Of a stretch of DNA of 64,000 bases, positions 60,513 to 64,000 are shown one piece after another. The first letter of the stretch is position 1; every line of letters begins with the position of its first letter. The DNA comes from Octopus sinensis (Eukaryota), in assembly GCF_006345805.1 (NCBI RefSeq), contig NC_042999.1, forward strand, positions 13,330,001 through 13,394,000, given 5' to 3'. The notes below the pieces were generated by a model, which was given only the letters and a program-made list of their open reading frames with translations, was not told where the DNA came from and ran no database searches. A program made the position numbers and the translations under genes.

Positions 60513-60910
60513 ACTCTTTTACTCTTTTACTTCTTTCAGTCATTTGACTGCGCCCATCCTGGAGCACTGCCTTTAGTTGAGCAAATCGACCCCAGGACTT
60601 ATTCTTTGTAAGCCTAGTACTTATTCTAACGGTCTCTTTTGCCGAACCGCTAACTTACGGGGACGTGAACACACCAACATCGGTTGTCAAGCGATGTTTA
60701 GGAGACAAACACAGACACACTAACATACACACACACATGTATATATACATATATTCGACGGGCTTCTTTCAGTTTCCGCCTACCAAATCCACTCACAAGG
60801 CTTTGGTCGGCCTGAAGCTATAGTAGAAGACACTTGCCCAAGGTGCCATGCAGTGGGACTGAACCTGGAACCATGTGGTTGGTAAGCAAGCTACTTACCA
60901 CACAGCCATT
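60513..60910 (-). mobile_element. SINE B, full length
   Basis: All modules present. Confidence 0.88.
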
Positions 60911-60924
60911 CCTTCATTCAACAT

Positions 60925-61105
60925 AAAATGAAATGAAATATTGATTGTCTTATTGAATAGTTGAAATATTGACTATCAAATACTAAAGGACTGTAGTTGA
61001 AACTTTCCTGTCACAACCTGGGATCTTGAAGACTGCTTAAATGCAAGAAAGTATACTAGTCCCTTAATATTTGATATTCAATATTTCATCTATTCAGTAA
61101 GACAA
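60925..61105. repeat. Short copy of the 61913-62319 fold-back family
   Basis: Same 65-bp spacer with shorter arms. Confidence 0.82.
61020..61063 (+). ncRNA. Hammerhead-like motif with variant core CUUGAAGA
   Basis: GGGAT-CTTGAAGA-C-TGC-TTAAAT-GCA-A-GAA-AGTATACT-A-GTCCC. Confidence 0.42.
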
Positions 61106-61870
61106 TCAATATTCATACACTTATTGCAGCAGTCCTTCAGATTTTCTAAGCCCTGTGAAAGAACTCGGAAAGTTGGGCTTCTAGCCAGGCCTTTTGCTAT
61201 AGCCCTAAATCCAGGAACGTTTCAGCACCCACCTCGTATATCTACTTCCGTATTTGATTAACTCTTATCTTATCGACTCCAACATATTGAAAGGCAGAAT
61301 AGATTTATTCAGGCTAAATTTGAACACTGAATGGAATATTTTTACAGATTTTTCATGGTGAAATAGGTTTACGTTTATTGTCAGGGAACTCAACGTTGCT
61401 GTCAACGCGAGTGGTGCTTATTAAGTTCAGGTTCTTTTTTTATTGCTATTAATGAAATCATGCAAACAATATTACATTGTATGCTTGTCATGGTAGATGA
61501 TTAATTATTCACAGGAAATCATTGTGTCTACCCAACGCAATCCATCAAATCTCTGGTAGTTGACAAGGTAGACAGATCTGATTTTCACCTAAATAACCAG
61601 GGAGCCTCGACATTGTCACTCGACATGCTTAAAATAGTAGTTAAATTTTTCTACAAAACAAAAACGAGCGAAAGAAAGAGAGGATGATTAACGCTGGAAC
61701 AATTTTGATGATAGTTCTGCTTAATCAAGTTTGGCCTGGAGCCAAACAGCAACATCAGCATCAGCATCAACAAAAACAGATACCATCTCGCACTTTACGG
61801 AAACTAGGATGAGAACTGGATGTGTGTGTGTGTGTGAGTGTGCATGCGTGTGTGGGACACACACAAAAAG

Positions 61871-61912
<42 letters not shown>

Positions 61913-61915
<3 letters not shown>

Positions 61916-62319
61916 TATTCAAAGGAATTCCAACCCCGTCTGTTTTTTATGTTTTATTTATATTCTTATAATATTAATGTAGAGCATAGAATATATAATA
62001 TAAATAGTATATATAGTAAAATGAAATGAAGTGTTGATTATCTTATTGAATAGATGAAATATTGAATATCAAATATTAAGGGACTGCAGTTGAAATATTC
62101 CTGTCACAACCTGGGACCTTGAAGACTGCTTAAATGCAAGAAAGTATACTAGTCCCATAATAGTTGATATTCAATATTTCATCTATTCAATAAGACAATC
62201 AATACTTCATTTCATTTTACTATATATACTATTTATACTATATATTCTATATTCTACATTAATATTATAAGAATATAAATAAAACATAAAAAACAGAGTT
62301 GGAATTCCTTTCAATAATA
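61913..62319. repeat. About 405-bp fold-back in (TA)n (arms 61913-62085 and 62151-62319)
   Basis: About 170-bp near-perfect inverted arms with a 65-bp spacer. Confidence 0.88.
62112..62157 (+). ncRNA. Hammerhead-like motif with variant core CUUGAAGA
   Basis: TGGGAC-CTTGAAGA-C-TGC-TTAAAT-GCA-A-GAA-AGTATACT-A-GTCCCA. Confidence 0.45.
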
Positions 62320-62353
62320 TATATCCCTCTATACACAATCATACAAACCCCTT

Positions 62354-62385
<32 letters not shown>

Positions 62386-62878
62386 GTAAATATGTGTGTG
62401 TGTGCGTATGTATATGTGTATATATGTATGTGTGTGTGTTTACATATGTGTAATATCTATCTATCTATCTGTGTGTGTGTGTGTGTGTTACAGAAGTATC
62501 AGCACCAAGTAGTGTTTAGCCACAGACAAACTTTACGTTAAGGCAAATTTACTGTAGTTACCGTGAAGAAAAAAAATTCTCTTCAGACAAAAAGTGTAAA
62601 AACATCATATCTGTTTAGTGCTGTTCCCTGTCGAATTCCCCGACACGTTTCTAGCTCCTTAGACGTAGTCAATAGGAACTACCGAAGAGAGGCAACTCTA
62701 GACAGGCTTAATTAAAGCCGCAGCTTTAACTAAAACACACATACACACACACATATATATAGCAGCTGAAATATATGACAAACATATTTCAGCTAACCTA
62801 AATTGTGAATCAATAATAATAATAAGGATTATATATATATAAAGGGGTTTGTATGAGTGTATAGAGGGATATAATAAT

Positions 62879-63040
62879 AAGGCGGTGAGCTGAGGTCGAC
62901 TTTGCCTTTCATCCTCTCGGGGTCGATAAATTAAGTACCAGTTGCGCACTGGGGTCGATATAATAGACTTAATCCGTTTGTCTGTTCTTGTTTGTCCCCT
63001 CTGTGTTTAACCCCTTGTGGGTAGTAAAGAAATAAATAAT
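62879..63040 (+). mobile_element. SINE A with internal deletion between head and core
   Basis: AAGGCGGTGAGCTGAGGTCGACTTTGCC..GTGGGTAGTAAAGAAATA. Confidence 0.8.
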
Positions 63041-63109
63041 AATAAGGATTATTATGAAGTACCATTAGCATTACCTTTAATTCTTTTTATATTTAAAACA
63101 GTCTCAAAT

Positions 63110-63114
63110 AGACC

Positions 63115-63174
<60 letters not shown>

Positions 63175-63179
63175 CAGAC

Positions 63180-63251
<72 letters not shown>

Positions 63252-63441
63252 TGACAGATAGATAGATAGATAGACAGACAGATAGATAGATAGAAAGATA
63301 TATAGATGGATGAATAGATAGATAGATAAATAGATAGACAGACAGATAGACGGATAGATAGATGGATAGATAGATAGATAGATAGATTGATAGATATATG
63401 GATAGATAGATAGACAGATAGATAGGTAGATAGATAGATAG

Positions 63442-63477
<36 letters not shown>

Positions 63478-63692
63478 AGATAGATAGATAGATTGACAGA
63501 TAGATAGATAGATAGACAGACAGATAGATGATAGAAAGATATATAGATGGATGAATAGATAGATAGATAAATAGATAGACAGACAGATAGACGGATAGAT
63601 AGATGGATAGATAGATAGATATAGATAGATAGATAGATATAGATAGATAGATAGATAGACAGATAGATAGGTAGATAGATAGATAGATAGAT

Positions 63693-63725
<33 letters not shown>

Positions 63726-63735
63726 GAGATAGACC
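63110..63735. repeat. (TAGA)n with a 240-bp higher-order duplication
   Basis: TTGACAGATAG..GAAAGATATATAGATGGATGAATAG at 63251 and 63493. Confidence 0.9.
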
Positions 63736-64000
63736 TAAATGTGCTTCTACTGCATCGATTAGTAATCGTTGCAATTACAACCTTACTATAATACTGGTGC
63801 AGTTTCCTCAGGGTATCACTTTAATATCCTTTGATTTAACTGTTTAAAGTTTCATCTTGATTTTCTTTGCGGTCTATGATGCGGAGTTACGTTAATTTAG
63901 TTGCGAACTGTCTTCAGTTATTGATTGGATAACCGCTCAGTTTATATATATCATTCATTTTTTTTCATTTTATCTAGTTTCAGCTCACGAGGTGTGGCCA

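Larger units (their letters stand above)
60455..61236. mobile_element. Mariner-type non-autonomous element hosting a SINE B and a fold-back
   Basis: GGGTGCTGAAAAGTTCTTGG / CCAGGAACGTTTCAGCACCCACCTCG-TA. Confidence 0.62.

Noticed and set aside
62635-62705. GAAACGTGTC (minus strand) and CCGAAGA-GAG-GCAA-CTC (plus strand)
   Set aside because: Each lacks at least two core residues or a helix.

Overview
AT-rich, repeat-saturated eukaryotic DNA with no recognisable host protein-coding exon, rRNA, true tRNA or CRISPR. The SINE families and microsatellite load suggest an Octopus (cephalopod) intergenic or intronic region; this is an inference from recognised repeat types, not a database hit. Nearly all listed ORFs are microsatellite artefacts. 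Real coding traces are all transposon fragments: R4/Dong, CR1/L2-like, RTE, an L1/Tx1-like 3' end and Tc1/mariner transposases. Four short retroposon families (labelled A-D here; tRNA-like heads seen in A-C) dominate, with Merlin-, hAT- and Tc1-type MITEs. The best lead is a set of small non-coding elements, several of them fold-backs lodged in (TA)n tracts, that carry hammerhead-ribozyme folds. One has a complete canonical core (10638-10710); others have variant cores and palindromic helix III (31033, 57777, 61020, 62112). They resemble non-autonomous Penelope-like or retrozyme elements. Other leads: a SINE tail shared with an L1/Tx1-like LINE, headless SINE multimers with a fixed junction, an internally deleted Dong element, a (TAA)n-seeded retroelement chain, a mariner with two left ends, and a SINE flanked by a 180-bp duplication. 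Folds and alignments were done by eye and many element boundaries are approximate.
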